From Parachlamydiales bacterium (GTDB lineage Bacteria; Chlamydiota; Chlamydiia; Chlamydiales; Rhabdochlamydiaceae): a stretch of DNA of 64,000 bases. Of the stretch, positions 9,320 through 19,233 are shown in pieces. The DNA lies in contig JAHFTQ010000006.1 in the NCBI GenBank assembly GCA_023265455.1, positions 30,746 to 94,745 of the forward strand, written 5' to 3'. The position numbers and the translations under genes are program-made. How positions within the stretch are numbered: position 1 is the stretch's first letter; every line of letters starts with the position of its first letter. The notes beneath the pieces were generated by a model. The model did no database searches and had not been told where the DNA came from. It saw nothing but the letters and a program-made list of their open reading frames with translations.

Positions 9320-10225
9320 TTACTCAAAAAGACTAGCGACGTAGTCGGGGGCGCTGAAGGGGGCGAGGTCGTCGATTTTTTCACCCAGGCCGATCCAGCG
9401 GATGGGAATGCCTAGTTCACGGTAGATGGGAAGGAGGGCGCCGCCTTTGGCGCTTCCATCGAGTTTAGCCATTAAGATACCCGTAAGGGGAGTGAATTTG
9501 TGGAAGATGCGGGCCTGCTCGACGGCATTTTGCCCGAGGGTCGCATCTAAAACGAGGATGATCTCATGGGGAGATCCGGGGATGACTTTGTTGCAGACGC
9601 GGCAGATTTTTTCAAGTTCTTGCATGAGGTCGGTTTTGTTTTGAAGGCGTCCGGCTGTGTCGATGAGGATCGCGTCGGCACCGCGGCTCTGAGCAGCGGT
9701 GAGAGCATCGAAAGCCACGCTAGAGGGATCGCTTCCCGGTTTTGCTTTGACGATATCGATCTGGAGGCGATCGGCCCACAGAGTGAGTTGATCGATGGCG
9801 CCCGCGCGGAAGGTATCGCCCGCAGCTAAGAGCACTTTTTTTCCTTCGCTTTTTAAGAGGTGGGCAAGTTTGGCAATCGAGGTGGTTTTGCCGCTGCCAT
9901 TGATGCCGACGATGAGGAAGACAAGCGGTTTGCCGGTTTTAGGTTGAATTTTCGGAGGAGTAGCGAGGATTTGCCCTGCAAAAGCTCGCATTTGGGCAAG
10001 GATTTCATCGCCGGTAGCTTCCGGTTTTTTTCGGAGGAAGATTTTAAGATCTTCAATGAACTCATGGGTGACAGTCGTTCCGATATCGGCTTCGTAGAGG
10101 ATTTGCTCAAGCTTGTTGAAGGTCTCCTCATTCCAAGGTGAGCTGAAGAGAGAGCGGATTTTTGAGCTGAGAAAATCGCGCGTCTTGGAAAGAGCCGACT
10201 TAATTTTCTTGAAAAAATTTAGCAT
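9320..10225 (-). CDS. ftsY: Signal recognition particle receptor FtsY (short form, NG domain only)
   Basis: GINGSGKTTSIAKLA (G1), DTAGR (G3), AKLDGSAKGG (G4-like). Confidence 0.95.
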   Translation of the reverse strand: MLNFFKKIKSALSKTRDFLSSKIRSLFSSPWNEETFNKLEQILYEADIGTTVTHEFIEDLKIFLRKKPEATGDEILAQMRAFAGQILATPPKIQPKTGKPLVFLIVGINGSGKTTSIAKLAHLLKSEGKKVLLAAGDTFRAGAIDQLTLWADRLQIDIVKAKPGSDPSSVAFDALTAAQSRGADAILIDTAGRLQNKTDLMQELEKICRVCNKVIPGSPHEIILVLDATLGQNAVEQARIFHKFTPLTGILMAKLDGSAKGGALLPIYRELGIPIRWIGLGEKIDDLAPFSAPDYVASLFE

Positions 10226-10234
10226 GTTGATAGC

Positions 10235-10990
10235 TTAACAATATTTTTGAGCGATCAACTCTATCCATCGGAAAGCTAAGCCACCCATTGTCTGCATTGC
10301 CAAGACTTCTGACAAAGGAGGTGTTTTTTTCAGCAGGATCTGCCCTAGAGCATGGATTGCCAGGGGTGTGATTAACATTCGACAATCTTGTAACAAATGG
10401 TAGTGCTGTGCCATAGAATGTCGTTTGGCTGGATCAGTCACTTGTGAAGTATCGAAATAGGATTGCAAGCAGGGTGTTACAATCTTTCGAATTGTGGAAA
10501 TCAGTGTGATCATGAGTGCGGTCGTTATAGAATTAGGTGACTTAAACCCCCATTGAAGAGCCGCAAGAGAAAACAGGCCCATACATCCGACTTCGGATGC
10601 ATGATATTTCCAGGTGTGAGCTGGTTGGGGAGTTTTGTCGAATGTCCATGTCAAACTACAGACAACGGCACCGAAAATATGGGCGATTGAACGGACTGCA
10701 ACACCATCGAAAAGGGTGGGTAATTTTTGTGAGAAAAGAGTGCTCCAGCCTACTAAAGAGAATGTTTCTATCGCTAGCGCCGTGTACTTCATTTCTTGAT
10801 GTGATCTCTTCTGTTCGTGGCCTAGGACATGCATTCCAATCTGTAAAAACTTTAAACTACCGAGTGTTAAAGCGGTTATTTTAGGGTCGGCAGAAGGGAA
10901 ATACTGCCGGGTCAAGGCATAGGCAGAGAGGCCATAAGCAGAGAGTCCAGGACCATACTCTTTGATGAATGTCGTAGCAGTGGCTGCCAT
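10235..10990 (-). CDS. Hypothetical integral membrane protein
   Basis: 251-aa ORF with several hydrophobic segments and a 9-nt gap to ftsY. Confidence 0.45.
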   Translation of the reverse strand: MAATATTFIKEYGPGLSAYGLSAYALTRQYFPSADPKITALTLGSLKFLQIGMHVLGHEQKRSHQEMKYTALAIETFSLVGWSTLFSQKLPTLFDGVAVRSIAHIFGAVVCSLTWTFDKTPQPAHTWKYHASEVGCMGLFSLAALQWGFKSPNSITTALMITLISTIRKIVTPCLQSYFDTSQVTDPAKRHSMAQHYHLLQDCRMLITPLAIHALGQILLKKTPPLSEVLAMQTMGGLAFRWIELIAQKYC

Positions 10991-11041
10991 AAAAATCCTC
11001 CAATGATTGGAGGGTATTTTACTAGGATTGCCGATTTTTAG

Positions 11042-11209
11042 CTAGTGCCCGACCACGAAAATCTTTCACATTTCGGCTGCGTCAAAGCCTCGGGGTTCAA
11101 CGATCGTAAAGCTAGCTGTATTGATTAATACTGCGCGCTTTACGATCGTTGAACCGCGAGAGCTTTCACGTCAGCCCAAATGCGAAAGATTTTCGTGGTC
11201 GGGCACTAA
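11042..11209. repeat. Family B long palindrome, copy B1
   Basis: Left arm ctagtgcccgaccacgaaaatctttcacatttcggctgcgtcaaagcctcggggttcaacgatcgtaaag pairs with right arm ctttacgatcgttgaaccgcgagagctttcacgtcagcccaaatgcgaaagattttcgtggtcgggcactaag. The central loop is around gtattgattaatac. Confidence 0.85.
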
Positions 11210-11255
11210 GAGTTGTTGCGAAGAAATTGGACTGTGCCCCATAAGGGGGGAAAGA

Positions 11256-11415
11256 CCTCTTTCGGAATTAAGGGTTCGTCGATTTTCTGGATTATTTTGG
11301 CCGTCTTTCGGTTTTTTTTGCAGGGGTAATATCAATATTCGTATATTACCCCTGCAAAAAAAATCGAAAAACGGTCAAAAGAACCAGAAAATCGACAGAA
11401 CCTTAGTTTCGAAGG
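11256..11415. repeat. Family C long palindrome, copy C1; its right end overlaps the sucC ribosome-binding region
   Basis: Arms cgattttctggattattttggccgtctttcggttttttttgcaggggtaatat and atattacccctgcaaaaaaaatcgaaaaacggtcaaaagaaccagaaaatcg, with loop caatattcgt. Confidence 0.85.
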
Positions 11416-11432
11416 AGGTCGAAGGCAGAATT

Positions 11433-12596
11433 GTGAACTTACACGAATACCAGGCAAAAGAAATTTTGAAAGAATACGGGGTAGCTGTGCCTCCATTTGG
11501 GGTAGCTTCCAACCATGGGCAAGTGGAAAAGATCATCAAAGATTTGCATTTGAAAGAGGCGGTGGTCAAGATCCAGGTGCATGCGGGAGGACGGGGAAAG
11601 GCAGGGGGCGTCAAATTTTGCAAGTCTCCGGAGGAGATTGTCAAGATTGCGGGTCAATTGATCGGGATGAAATTGGTCAACAATCAGACGGGATCGGAAG
11701 GGGTGATTGCTCATCAGGTGCTGATTGCTCCTCCCATCGATATCGCTAAAGAATATTACTTGGGGGCGATTGTCGATCGGGCCAAGGGAGAAGCCGTGCT
11801 GATTGCCTCGCCGGAAGGGGGAATGGAGATTGAGGAGATTGCGGCGCACCATCCGGACAAAATTTTGACAGTTCCGATAGGACTTGATGGAAGTGTAAAA
11901 CCGTATCATCTGCTTTATCTGGCAAAGTTCATGGGTTGGGAGGCGAGAGAAGAGGGGATAAAAATGGCAGCGGCCGTTGCTAAAATTTTTATCGAACAAG
12001 ATGCCTCTTTACTGGAGATCAATCCGCTGGTGCAGTCTAAAGATGGGAAGCTGTGGGCGCTCGATGCGAAGCTGAGCATCGATGATAACGCATTATACCG
12101 TCAGCCTCACATCGCTGCGATGTACGATCCGTCGCAAGAGTCAAAAAACGAAGTTGCGGCAAAAAAACACGATTTGGCCTATATCGCTTTGGAAGGCAAC
12201 ATTGGCTGTATGGTCAATGGGGCAGGGTTGGCGATGGCGACGATGGATATCATTAAATATGCAGGAGGAAAACCGGCAAATTTTCTCGATGTGGGAGGCG
12301 GCGCAACAGCGGAAAAAATTGCTGCGGGGTTTCATGTGCTGGTATCGGATCCTCATGTGAAGGCGATTCTCGTCAATATTTTTGGGGGAATCATGAACTG
12401 CGCCACGATTGCCGAAGGAATCCTAAAGGCTTTAGAAGAGTCTCCTCTGAAGATTCCACTTGTTGTCCGGATGGAAGGGACAAACGTCGAAGAGGGCAAA
12501 AAGATGCTCGAGAGTCTGAAGATTTTAACAGCAGATACGTTGGAAGAGGCTGCGACTCTGGTAGTGAAGGAGGCTAAGCATGCCCATTCTAGTTGA
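11433..12596 (+). CDS. sucC: Succinyl-CoA synthetase beta subunit
   Basis: The GTG start at 11433 gives (M)[16 protein letters not shown]..., the canonical SucC N-terminus, and a 387-aa product. gaaggagg lies upstream. The ORF-track extension back to 11121 reads through the two palindromes. Confidence 0.95.
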   Translation: MNLHEYQAKEILKEYGVAVPPFGVASNHGQVEKIIKDLHLKEAVVKIQVHAGGRGKAGGVKFCKSPEEIVKIAGQLIGMKLVNNQTGSEGVIAHQVLIAPPIDIAKEYYLGAIVDRAKGEAVLIASPEGGMEIEEIAAHHPDKILTVPIGLDGSVKPYHLLYLAKFMGWEAREEGIKMAAAVAKIFIEQDASLLEINPLVQSKDGKLWALDAKLSIDDNALYRQPHIAAMYDPSQESKNEVAAKKHDLAYIALEGNIGCMVNGAGLAMATMDIIKYAGGKPANFLDVGGGATAEKIAAGFHVLVSDPHVKAILVNIFGGIMNCATIAEGILKALEESPLKIPLVVRMEGTNVEEGKKMLESLKILTADTLEEAATLVVKEAKHAHSS

Positions 12597-13458
12597 TCAG
12601 AAGACGCGGGTGATTACCCAGGGAATTTCTGGCAAGGCGGGTAGCTTTCATACGGAGCAGTGTCTGCTTTATGGATCTAAGTTTGTGGGTGGCGTGACGC
12701 CAGGGAAAGGGGGGCAAGAGATTTTAGGTCTTCCTGTTTTCGATACGGTCTATGAGGCGAAAAAAGCAGTTCATCCTGATGCGACGATGATTTTTGTGCC
12801 AGCGCCCTTTGCGGCAAATGCGATTTTGGAGGCAGAAGATGCGGGGATTGCTCTCATTGTCTGTATTACAGAGGGGATTCCGATCCGGGATATGTTAGAG
12901 GTGAGCCGTGTGATGCGTCACTCCCAGCGGAGCCGTCTGATCGGTCCTAACTGTCCAGGGGTCATCACTCCGGGTGCGTGTAAGATCGGCATTATGCCGG
13001 GGTATATCCATAAGAAGGGAAAGATCGGGATTGTGTCGCGTTCGGGAACTTTGACGTATGAGGCGGTGTGGCAGACCTCTTTACTGGGCCTGGGGCAATC
13101 GACTTGTGTAGGGATCGGGGGAGATCCGTTGAATGGAACCGATTTTATTCATGTTCTCAAGCTGTTCGAAAAGGATCCTCAGACAGAGGGGATCTTGCTC
13201 ATTGGAGAGATTGGGGGAAGTGCAGAAGAAGAGGCTGCTGAGTGGATCCGGCACCATTGCAGTAAGCCGGTGGCAGCCTTTATTGCGGGAGCAACGGCTC
13301 CCTCGGGAAAGCGGATGGGGCATGCTGGTGCGATCATTTCTGGAGGTAAAGGGGCTGCAAAGGATAAGATGGAGGCTTTGAAAAAAGCAGGTGTGACGGT
13401 GGCAGAAAGTCCTTCTCATTTAGGAAAAACTATGCTCGAGGCACTCAAAAAATCATGA
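12580..13458 (+). CDS. sucD: Succinyl-CoA synthetase alpha subunit
   Basis: [24 protein letters not shown]..., [15 protein letters not shown] and MGHAGAII (the phosphohistidine loop). It overlaps the sucC stop. Confidence 0.95.
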   Translation: MPILVDQKTRVITQGISGKAGSFHTEQCLLYGSKFVGGVTPGKGGQEILGLPVFDTVYEAKKAVHPDATMIFVPAPFAANAILEAEDAGIALIVCITEGIPIRDMLEVSRVMRHSQRSRLIGPNCPGVITPGACKIGIMPGYIHKKGKIGIVSRSGTLTYEAVWQTSLLGLGQSTCVGIGGDPLNGTDFIHVLKLFEKDPQTEGILLIGEIGGSAEEEAAEWIRHHCSKPVAAFIAGATAPSGKRMGHAGAIISGGKGAAKDKMEALKKAGVTVAESPSHLGKTMLEALKKS

Positions 13459-14600
13459 TTCGTATCGGTGGAAAAATCCCTATCGCGATCTATCCTTCAT
13501 TTTGGATTCTTGCTGGGCTGATCGCTTTTTTGTTCGGAGAGGGGAGTATTCTTCGGATGGTGATCTGGGTCGGGGTGATTTTTATTTCGGTTTTGTTCCA
13601 TGAGTTTGGTCATGCGCTGACAGCGCTGATGTTTGGTAGGAAGCCGCGGATTGAACTGGTGGCGATGGGGGGATTGACGTATCACGATGGGGATAAGCTT
13701 CCGTATTGGAAGCAGCTTCTCATTACTATCAATGGTCCTCTTTTTGGGTTTATCATTGTGATTCTCGTCTATTTGATTAAAGACATTCCCGCATTATCAA
13801 CGGGTCATCCCGGAGAGCTTCTTTTACAGATTTTAGTGGTGAATTTGATTTGGACAGGGGTTAACTTACTTCCGATCTTGCCCCTTGATGGGGGTCAGGT
13901 GCTTCGTCTGACGTTGGAAAAGGTCTTTGAGTTTAAAGGGCTGAGATACGCCTTTATGATCAGTGCTATTTTGAGTTTGCTGTTTGCCCTTTTTCTTTTT
14001 CTCACGCAAAATCTTCTGGCAGGCGCTGTCTTTTTTCTGTTTGCTTTTGAAAATTTCAATAATTTCCGCCGGAGTCGATTTGTCAGTGGAAGCGACCGGA
14101 TTGATACGTTGAAACAGGCCCTTCTTGATGCTGAGATGCAGTTAAGACAAGGGCATCCGACAGAGGCCCTGCAAGCTTTTGAGACCCTCAGGATCACTGC
14201 CAAGGAGGGGGTGATCTTTGATGCCGCGTCTCAGTATGCCGCTTTTTTGCACTATGACAAAGGGGAAATTCCCGAGACGTATCAAATCCTTTTGCCTCTC
14301 AAAGAGAGGCTAGATCCTAACGCTTTAGTTCTGCTGCACCGGGTGGCTTTTGAAAAGGGCGACTTTGCTCTAGTCATTGAAATCGCAGGTCCTGTTTTTC
14401 AGTATACCCCAGAGGCTGAAGTGGCGCTAAGGACAGCGTACGCTGCGGCTCATCTTCATCAAGTGGAGAGCTCTGTAGGGTGGCTCCAGACGGCTCATCA
14501 AAGTGGCGTAGAAAATCTCAAAGAGATTGTCCAAGAGCATCTATTCGATGCGATACGGAATGATCCCGTCTTTCAAAAATTCATCAATCACACTCTCTAA
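13455..14600 (+). CDS. M50-family (site-2 protease type) membrane metalloprotease with a helical-repeat C-terminal domain
   Basis: HEFGHAL (HExxH) sits in a transmembrane segment, and [11 protein letters not shown] is the second metal-ligand motif. The start overlaps the sucD stop by 4 nt. Confidence 0.8.
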   Translation: MIRIGGKIPIAIYPSFWILAGLIAFLFGEGSILRMVIWVGVIFISVLFHEFGHALTALMFGRKPRIELVAMGGLTYHDGDKLPYWKQLLITINGPLFGFIIVILVYLIKDIPALSTGHPGELLLQILVVNLIWTGVNLLPILPLDGGQVLRLTLEKVFEFKGLRYAFMISAILSLLFALFLFLTQNLLAGAVFFLFAFENFNNFRRSRFVSGSDRIDTLKQALLDAEMQLRQGHPTEALQAFETLRITAKEGVIFDAASQYAAFLHYDKGEIPETYQILLPLKERLDPNALVLLHRVAFEKGDFALVIEIAGPVFQYTPEAEVALRTAYAAAHLHQVESSVGWLQTAHQSGVENLKEIVQEHLFDAIRNDPVFQKFINHTL

Positions 14601-15316
14601 GTCGAAGAAATGGGCTTTCGTTCAAGAGCCACAAAACTTGCGCCTCTTCTTTCTATGACAAAAATTTCGCAGTAGTGGCTGCTTTTTAAAAATGTAGAAG
14701 AGGTCTCACCTTGCAACTGGTTCGTGTAGGTAAGCCCTTCAAATAACGATTTCATTGCGGTTTGGTGAGCTACAAAGACCGGTAATATTGCAGGATCTTG
14801 GATGGTATCTAATCTAGCATGGATGCCTTCTTGCATTCTTTGAAACAGCATCTCCCCACTTTCAACGTTGGGGACTGGCATACAGCGAAATTTTTCTTTT
14901 TCATCCTTGAGATGACTGTAATACTGGTATTGGGGATGCTTTTTTTTCTCTTCCTTAGATAAAAAACTGGGATTGCATTCGCGAATTCTAGCTTCAATAT
15001 GAGGGGCCGTAACGATTTTTAAGGCCTCAGCTACAACGGCTCCCGTCTCCTGAGATCGCTTGATCGATGAGACGATGAGTTGAATCTCTGTTTTCCCCCG
15101 CTCTTTTGCAATCCCTTGAATTACTTCAGCGGCTATTTTGGTCCTCAGTTTTCCTTTATCGGTGATTGAGGGATCGCTTCCTTTTCCTTTATCCGCATGG
15201 CGCATGATAATAAAAATTTGATTTGTCAGTTTCTGGATTTTTTGTTCTTCTTGAGATTGAGTTAATTGTGGTTCATATCGATCTGATGTTTTTATCTCAT
15301 TTATATTGACTGACAT
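14597..15316 (-). CDS. Histidine phosphatase superfamily (SixA/PGM-like) protein
   Basis: IFIIMRHADKG (RH catalytic motif), ITDKG, VSSIKRSQETG (SSP-x-R-x-x-T-like) and FVAHQ (second His). It is a paralog of 58615-59334; both are 239 aa. Confidence 0.6.
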   Translation of the reverse strand: MSVNINEIKTSDRYEPQLTQSQEEQKIQKLTNQIFIIMRHADKGKGSDPSITDKGKLRTKIAAEVIQGIAKERGKTEIQLIVSSIKRSQETGAVVAEALKIVTAPHIEARIRECNPSFLSKEEKKKHPQYQYYSHLKDEKEKFRCMPVPNVESGEMLFQRMQEGIHARLDTIQDPAILPVFVAHQTAMKSLFEGLTYTNQLQGETSSTFLKSSHYCEIFVIERRGASFVALERKPISST

Positions 15317-15424
15317 ATAATGAATCCTTTTTACAAGACATTATAACAAATAAAGTGGTAAAAATCAAACGACAGAAAACCGAGAAGGTGCTACATTGTT
15401 CCCATTAATTTAGGAGATATCAAG

Positions 15425-17230
15425 ATGGGACTATTAACGACGGTGAGGCAGGCCTATACTCTGGCATCTCCCTACTTTTCTCCTGTGCGGGGAAATTGGG
15501 GCAGAATAGGGGGTGTAGCAGGCTCGGTTTTTATGATGGCGTTTCGAGCCCAATATGATGGGGTGATGCATAAGCGCATGTATGCTTTTTTTGACTTTTT
15601 TCAACAAAAAAGACCGATTGCAGAATTTAACGGGGTCTTCCGAGCCGCTGTCGGTGGATTTGTTTCGATTATGGCGACTGACATGGTCAGGGAGTTTCTT
15701 CAAAAGCGGTTAGAGCTTTCTTTTCAGAATGCTATGTTGAAAGATACCCTCGAGCGTTGGCTTAAAGAAGAGAATTATCTAGGGGTTAAAACGCGAAAAT
15801 GGGAAATCTCAAAAAAGATCTGCTGTACACTTGAAGATAAAATTCCTAATTTTACATCGACGACTCTCACCTTGGTTATTGAGAGAGTCGGAGATCTGGT
15901 GATCAATCTTCTCTCTTTATATCGCATCTATCACCTATCAAAACCTCTATATTCGAAGTCTCTGCAGTTCCCTTTTAACCGCCCTGGAGGCGTTTTCGCT
16001 GTGATGATCGGTATATTGGGGGTGTTTTCTTGGATCAAGATCAGAGCACAAGCAGGTATTGCAAAATCCCATGCGCTTCTCAATCAAAAGGAGTCCGAGG
16101 CGTTAGATCTGATCGGTTCTCTAGAGGGAAATGCTCTTCAAACGGCTTCTCTGCTTCTAAAGTATAGAAAAAATATTTTAGATGACATCAAAAACACTAG
16201 TGCATGCGCGTTATCTGAGGTATCTTCCTTTAAACTCACCAGATTGTTCAATACTAATATGACCTTCATGTTCCCTAACGCTTTTCAATTATCACTGGTT
16301 TATTTGGCCTCTTTGTTTGCCAAAGTAGATCCGGAAAATTTTGACTACACGAACTCTTTTTTACCCCTATTTAGGGAGTGCATGAACTTCATGTGGAGGA
16401 GTACGAGCTTAATTCAGGGTGTTCTCGATGACTGGCTAAAGTATGATAGTAGTGTCCAAAGAATTCGGGCATTATCTGAAGTCATCTCTCAGTATGAAAA
16501 TCGACAAAAGACTATAACCATTACCCGCGGGGCCCAGCTTTCAATTCAAGACCTGACTGTCAAAGTCATGAAAGATAAAGACGAGAAGACTTTATTTAGT
16601 CAGTTGAATCTTAATATTGATCCGGGGTCCGTCTATTTCGTCTCTGGAGAGAACGGGTCTGGAAAAACAGTTCTGCTACAGACAATTGCAGGCGTTCATA
16701 CGCTTGGGACAGGCAGAGTGACAGTTCCAGGGCCTGTCTCGTATTTACAGCCCAAGATTGAAATAGATCCAGCTAAAGCAGATTTTGCTGGAATACTGAG
16801 AAAAACATTTGGGATGATAGATCCGGAAGAGGTTGGGAAGGTTCGGTCTTATTTGAAAGAATTTAGGTCGTTTTACCCGGATGGTCAGTGGAAATTTCCA
16901 GAGGTTATCGAAGGTAAACGTGATTGGTTCAAGTTAAGCGATGGGGAAAAACAGGTCTTAAATCTAGCCGTCAATTTAACTATGATGGAGAAGGTCACAA
17001 CCCCTTTATTGATTTTGGCGGATGAAATCTTGGGTCAAGTTGATGATAGGACTAAGGTTGGGCTGTCGTCAAGAGCAAAAGCACTGGATCTTCTAAAAAA
17101 ACTAGCAAATGGTGCGGTTAAACACACGATCCTCCTTGTCGACCATAGCGGCGCAGGAATGGAGTGGGATAAAGAAAATAAGATTACGAAGAGCCAAGGT
17201 GCAGACTTTGAAATCTACAAACTAAACTAA
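15425..17230 (+). CDS. ABC transporter, fused SbmA/BacA-ABCD-type membrane domain and ATPase
   Basis: The N-terminal transmembrane region has an L-x-x-R-W-L-x-x-x-x-Y-like element (LERWLKEENYLGV). Walker A SGENGSGKT, signature LSDGEKQ, Walker B LILADE. Confidence 0.7.
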   Translation: MGLLTTVRQAYTLASPYFSPVRGNWGRIGGVAGSVFMMAFRAQYDGVMHKRMYAFFDFFQQKRPIAEFNGVFRAAVGGFVSIMATDMVREFLQKRLELSFQNAMLKDTLERWLKEENYLGVKTRKWEISKKICCTLEDKIPNFTSTTLTLVIERVGDLVINLLSLYRIYHLSKPLYSKSLQFPFNRPGGVFAVMIGILGVFSWIKIRAQAGIAKSHALLNQKESEALDLIGSLEGNALQTASLLLKYRKNILDDIKNTSACALSEVSSFKLTRLFNTNMTFMFPNAFQLSLVYLASLFAKVDPENFDYTNSFLPLFRECMNFMWRSTSLIQGVLDDWLKYDSSVQRIRALSEVISQYENRQKTITITRGAQLSIQDLTVKVMKDKDEKTLFSQLNLNIDPGSVYFVSGENGSGKTVLLQTIAGVHTLGTGRVTVPGPVSYLQPKIEIDPAKADFAGILRKTFGMIDPEEVGKVRSYLKEFRSFYPDGQWKFPEVIEGKRDWFKLSDGEKQVLNLAVNLTMMEKVTTPLLILADEILGQVDDRTKVGLSSRAKALDLLKKLANGAVKHTILLVDHSGAGMEWDKENKITKSQGADFEIYKLN

Positions 17231-17467
17231 CGCCATGTGCAACTTTTGTCATATCACGTAGTTATCAGTACTTTGTCCTAAGAGTATGAGTTTCATCAGC
17301 GCAGAGGCGCTTCGCGCGGGAGAGACGCTGAGGACGCGGAGAGGAAACTTAAAAATCCCCCTCTGCGTCCTCAGCGTCTCCTGCTTTGCGCGGAGCGCCT
17401 CTGCGCTGATGAAATTTAACGCTATAACTTGATCGGTTGGGTGGTGTGCTAAAAGTTGCACATGGCG
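17231..17467. repeat. Family A MITE-like element, copy A2 (full length, 237 bp)
   Basis: 17-nt terminal inverted repeats cgccatgtgcaactttt / aaaagttgcacatggcg. The internal GC-rich palindrome is catcagcgcagaggcgcttcgcgcgggagagacgctgaggacgc...gcgtcctcagcgtctc...gcgcctctgcgctgatg. It fills the entire gap between the stop codons at 17228-17230 and 17468-17470. Confidence 0.85.
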
Positions 17468-19219
17468 TTAAACTAGAGCTTTGTCGCTCGTTTGGATGCT
17501 CCAGAGCTGGGCATAGCGTCCCCTAAGGTCGAGGAGTTGCTGGTGGGTGCCTTCTTCGATGACGCACCCTTTTTCAAAGACGAGAATGCGGTCCATTTGG
17601 CGCAGTGTCGAGAGCCGGTGGGCGATGGCCAAGGTGGTGCGGTCTTGCATGAGGTAATCGAGGCTGGATTGGATCTGTTGTTCGGTGAAAGAATCCAGAG
17701 CCGATGTCGCTTCATCTAAAATCAGAATGGGGGCGTTTTTCAAAATCGCCCGAGCAATCGATAACCGTTGACGTTGGCCTCCTGAGAGTTTAAGTCCACG
17801 CTCGCCGACGATGGTTTGATACCCTTCTTTCATTTGTAGGATAAACGGGTGGCAGTGGGCTTTTTTGGAAGCTTCTATGATTTCAGGCTCGGTAGCGTCA
17901 TGTTTTCCATAGAGAATATTTTCATGAACCGTACGGTGGAATAAGACCGTATCTTGAGGGATCATGGCAATATGGCGGGTCAGTGAAGAACGGGTGACTT
18001 TGGAGATGTCTTGGCCATCAATCAGAATACGGCCGCTGGAGAGTTCATAGAGTCTGAGGAGTAGGTGGACGAGCGTGCTTTTTCCGCTGCCGGAGAGTCC
18101 AACGAGGCCGACTTTTTCTCCGGGGGCGATTTTTAGGGAGAGATTTTCAAAAATGGGCTGTCCGTTGAAATAGTTAAAGGAGACCTTGTCAAAGACGATT
18201 TCCCCTTTTGTAATGGCAAGGTCGGTAGCCTCGGGAGAATCTAGTGCATCAGGTGGTCTGGAAATGATGGAGAGGGCTTGCTTACAGACACCCACATCTT
18301 CAGAGAAGGTGACAAACTGCATCGCCAGATAAAACGTTTCATCCACGATGCCGGTGGTGAGTGTGAGGACGAGTGCGAAGTCGCCGACAGTGATCCAGCC
18401 TTGCAGCCGTGTGTAAATGAGAAGCCCCATCATTGCAAAGATCAGGAGCGTAATCGAAACGCTCTGGATCGATTTGAGTTTCATCATGTACCAGTGAAGG
18501 CGTTGTTCTTTGTCAACCATCTCTTTGATGTGTTTACGGAGGTAGCCGTGTTCGTATTTCTCTGTCGCAAAGAGCTTGATATTGAAAATATTCGTCATGG
18601 CATCGACGACTTTTCCCATGACAGTGCTGCGTGATTCTGAAAATTCGGTGCTGTATTTTTCCGATTTTTTAGCGAGGGTATAAGAGAGAAGAAAGAAAAT
18701 ACCCGACCACAGAATCAACGCGAGGGCAAAGAGGGGATGGACCCAGAAGAGAGTTGAAAGACTAAAAATGAATAGTAAGCTGCGAGAGAAAAAGTCATCA
18801 ATGACAGAGCAGAGGACTGTAATGATGTTTTTAGAGAGGTCAGAGATCTTATTGGAAAGGGTTCCGGCGAGTTGAGTTTGAAAAAAATAGTAAGAATGCT
18901 TCTGGAGATGAGCATGCATATCTTCGATAATGTCGGCTCTGATCCGTGGGAAAACTTTTAAAAATAGATAATCGTAGGCGGTGCTCAGGGATAATAAAAC
19001 AATGGCCATCCCAAAATAGCCGCAAATGGGGCCTAGGGCATAGTGGATGAGCTCATCTGTCGGATGCTCTGCAACGGCGTCGATGATGAGCTTGACCATC
19101 ATCGGATTTAAAGAAAAATAGGCAGCCCAGATGAGGCCGACTGCAAAAAGTCCTAAAACAGGCCACTTGTAACGGTTGGCGTAGTGCCAGGTAAAACTTG
19201 TGAGTGAACGAAAGATCAT
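17468..19219 (-). CDS. ABC exporter, fused permease/ATPase (MsbA/multidrug-type)
   Basis: 583 aa with six predicted transmembrane segments, then GLSGSGKST, LSGGQRQRLSIARA and ILILDEATSALD. Confidence 0.9.
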   Translation of the reverse strand: MIFRSLTSFTWHYANRYKWPVLGLFAVGLIWAAYFSLNPMMVKLIIDAVAEHPTDELIHYALGPICGYFGMAIVLLSLSTAYDYLFLKVFPRIRADIIEDMHAHLQKHSYYFFQTQLAGTLSNKISDLSKNIITVLCSVIDDFFSRSLLFIFSLSTLFWVHPLFALALILWSGIFFLLSYTLAKKSEKYSTEFSESRSTVMGKVVDAMTNIFNIKLFATEKYEHGYLRKHIKEMVDKEQRLHWYMMKLKSIQSVSITLLIFAMMGLLIYTRLQGWITVGDFALVLTLTTGIVDETFYLAMQFVTFSEDVGVCKQALSIISRPPDALDSPEATDLAITKGEIVFDKVSFNYFNGQPIFENLSLKIAPGEKVGLVGLSGSGKSTLVHLLLRLYELSSGRILIDGQDISKVTRSSLTRHIAMIPQDTVLFHRTVHENILYGKHDATEPEIIEASKKAHCHPFILQMKEGYQTIVGERGLKLSGGQRQRLSIARAILKNAPILILDEATSALDSFTEQQIQSSLDYLMQDRTTLAIAHRLSTLRQMDRILVFEKGCVIEEGTHQQLLDLRGRYAQLWSIQTSDKALV

Positions 19220-19233
19220 TTTGACCTCCTCGT

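Noticed and set aside
11121-11432. The 104-codon N-terminal extension of the sucC ORF in the six-frame track (a 491-aa ORF).
   Set aside because: It reads straight through the two long palindromes B1 and C1. Canonical SucC begins at the GTG at 11433 ([10 protein letters not shown]), giving the expected length of about 387 aa.
17249-17461. A 70-aa ORF (MQLLAHHPTDQV...), with a near-identical 70-aa ORF at 53167-53379 and a 61-aa ORF at 178-363.
   Set aside because: All three lie entirely inside family A palindromic repeats. The peptide similarity only reflects repeat nucleotide identity, there is no RBS, and the orientation relative to the element differs.
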